DNA of 64,000 bases from Malacoraja senta (taxonomy: Eukaryota). A model generated the notes under the pieces. That model was not told the origin of the DNA. It was given only the letters and a program-made list of their open reading frames with translations, and made no database searches. The position numbers and the translations under genes are program-made. Where the stretch lies: assembly GCA_038087875.1 (NCBI GenBank), contig CM075990.1, forward strand, positions 11,348,001 to 11,412,000, read 5' to 3'. Below, piece after piece: positions 63,604 to 64,000 of this stretch (position 1 is its first letter; every line of letters starts with the position of its first letter).

Positions 63604-64000
63604 TCCATGTACGTGTCCAAATGTCTCTTAAACATTAGGCTTGTCCCAGCCTTAACTACCTCCTCTGGCAGCTCGTTACATACATCCAGCACCCTTTGTG
63701 TGAAAAAGCTACCTGTTAATTTCTGAAATATTGGTCATAAATTTGGTGCAAAAATGCTCCAAAATAAGGTTCAGTATGCATCAGAGAGCATCTAAAACCT
63801 CTGAGCTTACATTATTTCACATTAAGTTTTTTGTAATCCTGTCATGCCACCCCCCTTTTTGAAAAGCTTCGTACGGGCCTGTAGTGGGTCCTTCTGGAGG
63901 ACCAAATTGGCCTATTCCTGTAGACATATCTACCTCTCTTTAGTCACCTCCAGTTTAAATTGCATTTGGAATATTTTGGAGGACCAAGAAACCAAGAATC

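Larger units (their letters stand above)
59275..63881. mobile_element. Possible hAT-like element with 5-bp TSD and many nested retroposons
   Basis: Termini CATGGCCGTCCGAAG and (revcomp) CAGGCCCGTACGAAG match at 12/15 positions; TAGTG flanks both ends. Confidence 0.5.

Overview
Vertebrate, repeat-dense, apparently intronic or intergenic DNA. The repeat landscape points to a cartilaginous fish, probably a skate or ray (inference): HE1-like tRNA-derived SINEs, HER1/CR1 LINEs, Penelope-like elements, Rex1/Babar and RTE remnants. No host protein-coding gene could be identified. The main feature is a near-intact, full-length CR1 LINE (19595-24280) inserted into a SINE with a 4-bp TSD. It has a 5' UTR of 91-bp tandem monomers, ORF1 (zinc finger, coiled coil, SGNH esterase) and ORF2 (APE endonuclease plus reverse transcriptase). 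ORF1 ends on a perfectly phased U_UUA_AAC slippery heptamer directly before its stop, and ORF2 lies in the -1 frame, suggesting programmed -1 ribosomal frameshifting; this copy has a TGA three codons into the -1 frame. Many Penelope pseudo-LTR fragments carry minimal hammerhead-ribozyme cores, often as inverted dimers with TSDs. Several non-autonomous DNA transposons are delimited by TIR plus TSD (hAT-like, PIF/Harbinger-like, P-like, and a possible 5-bp-TSD hAT). There are also repeat-free islands that look like conserved non-coding elements, and a 200-N assembly gap. Most short ORFs in the track are repeat-derived noise. Coordinates of degraded repeats are approximate.
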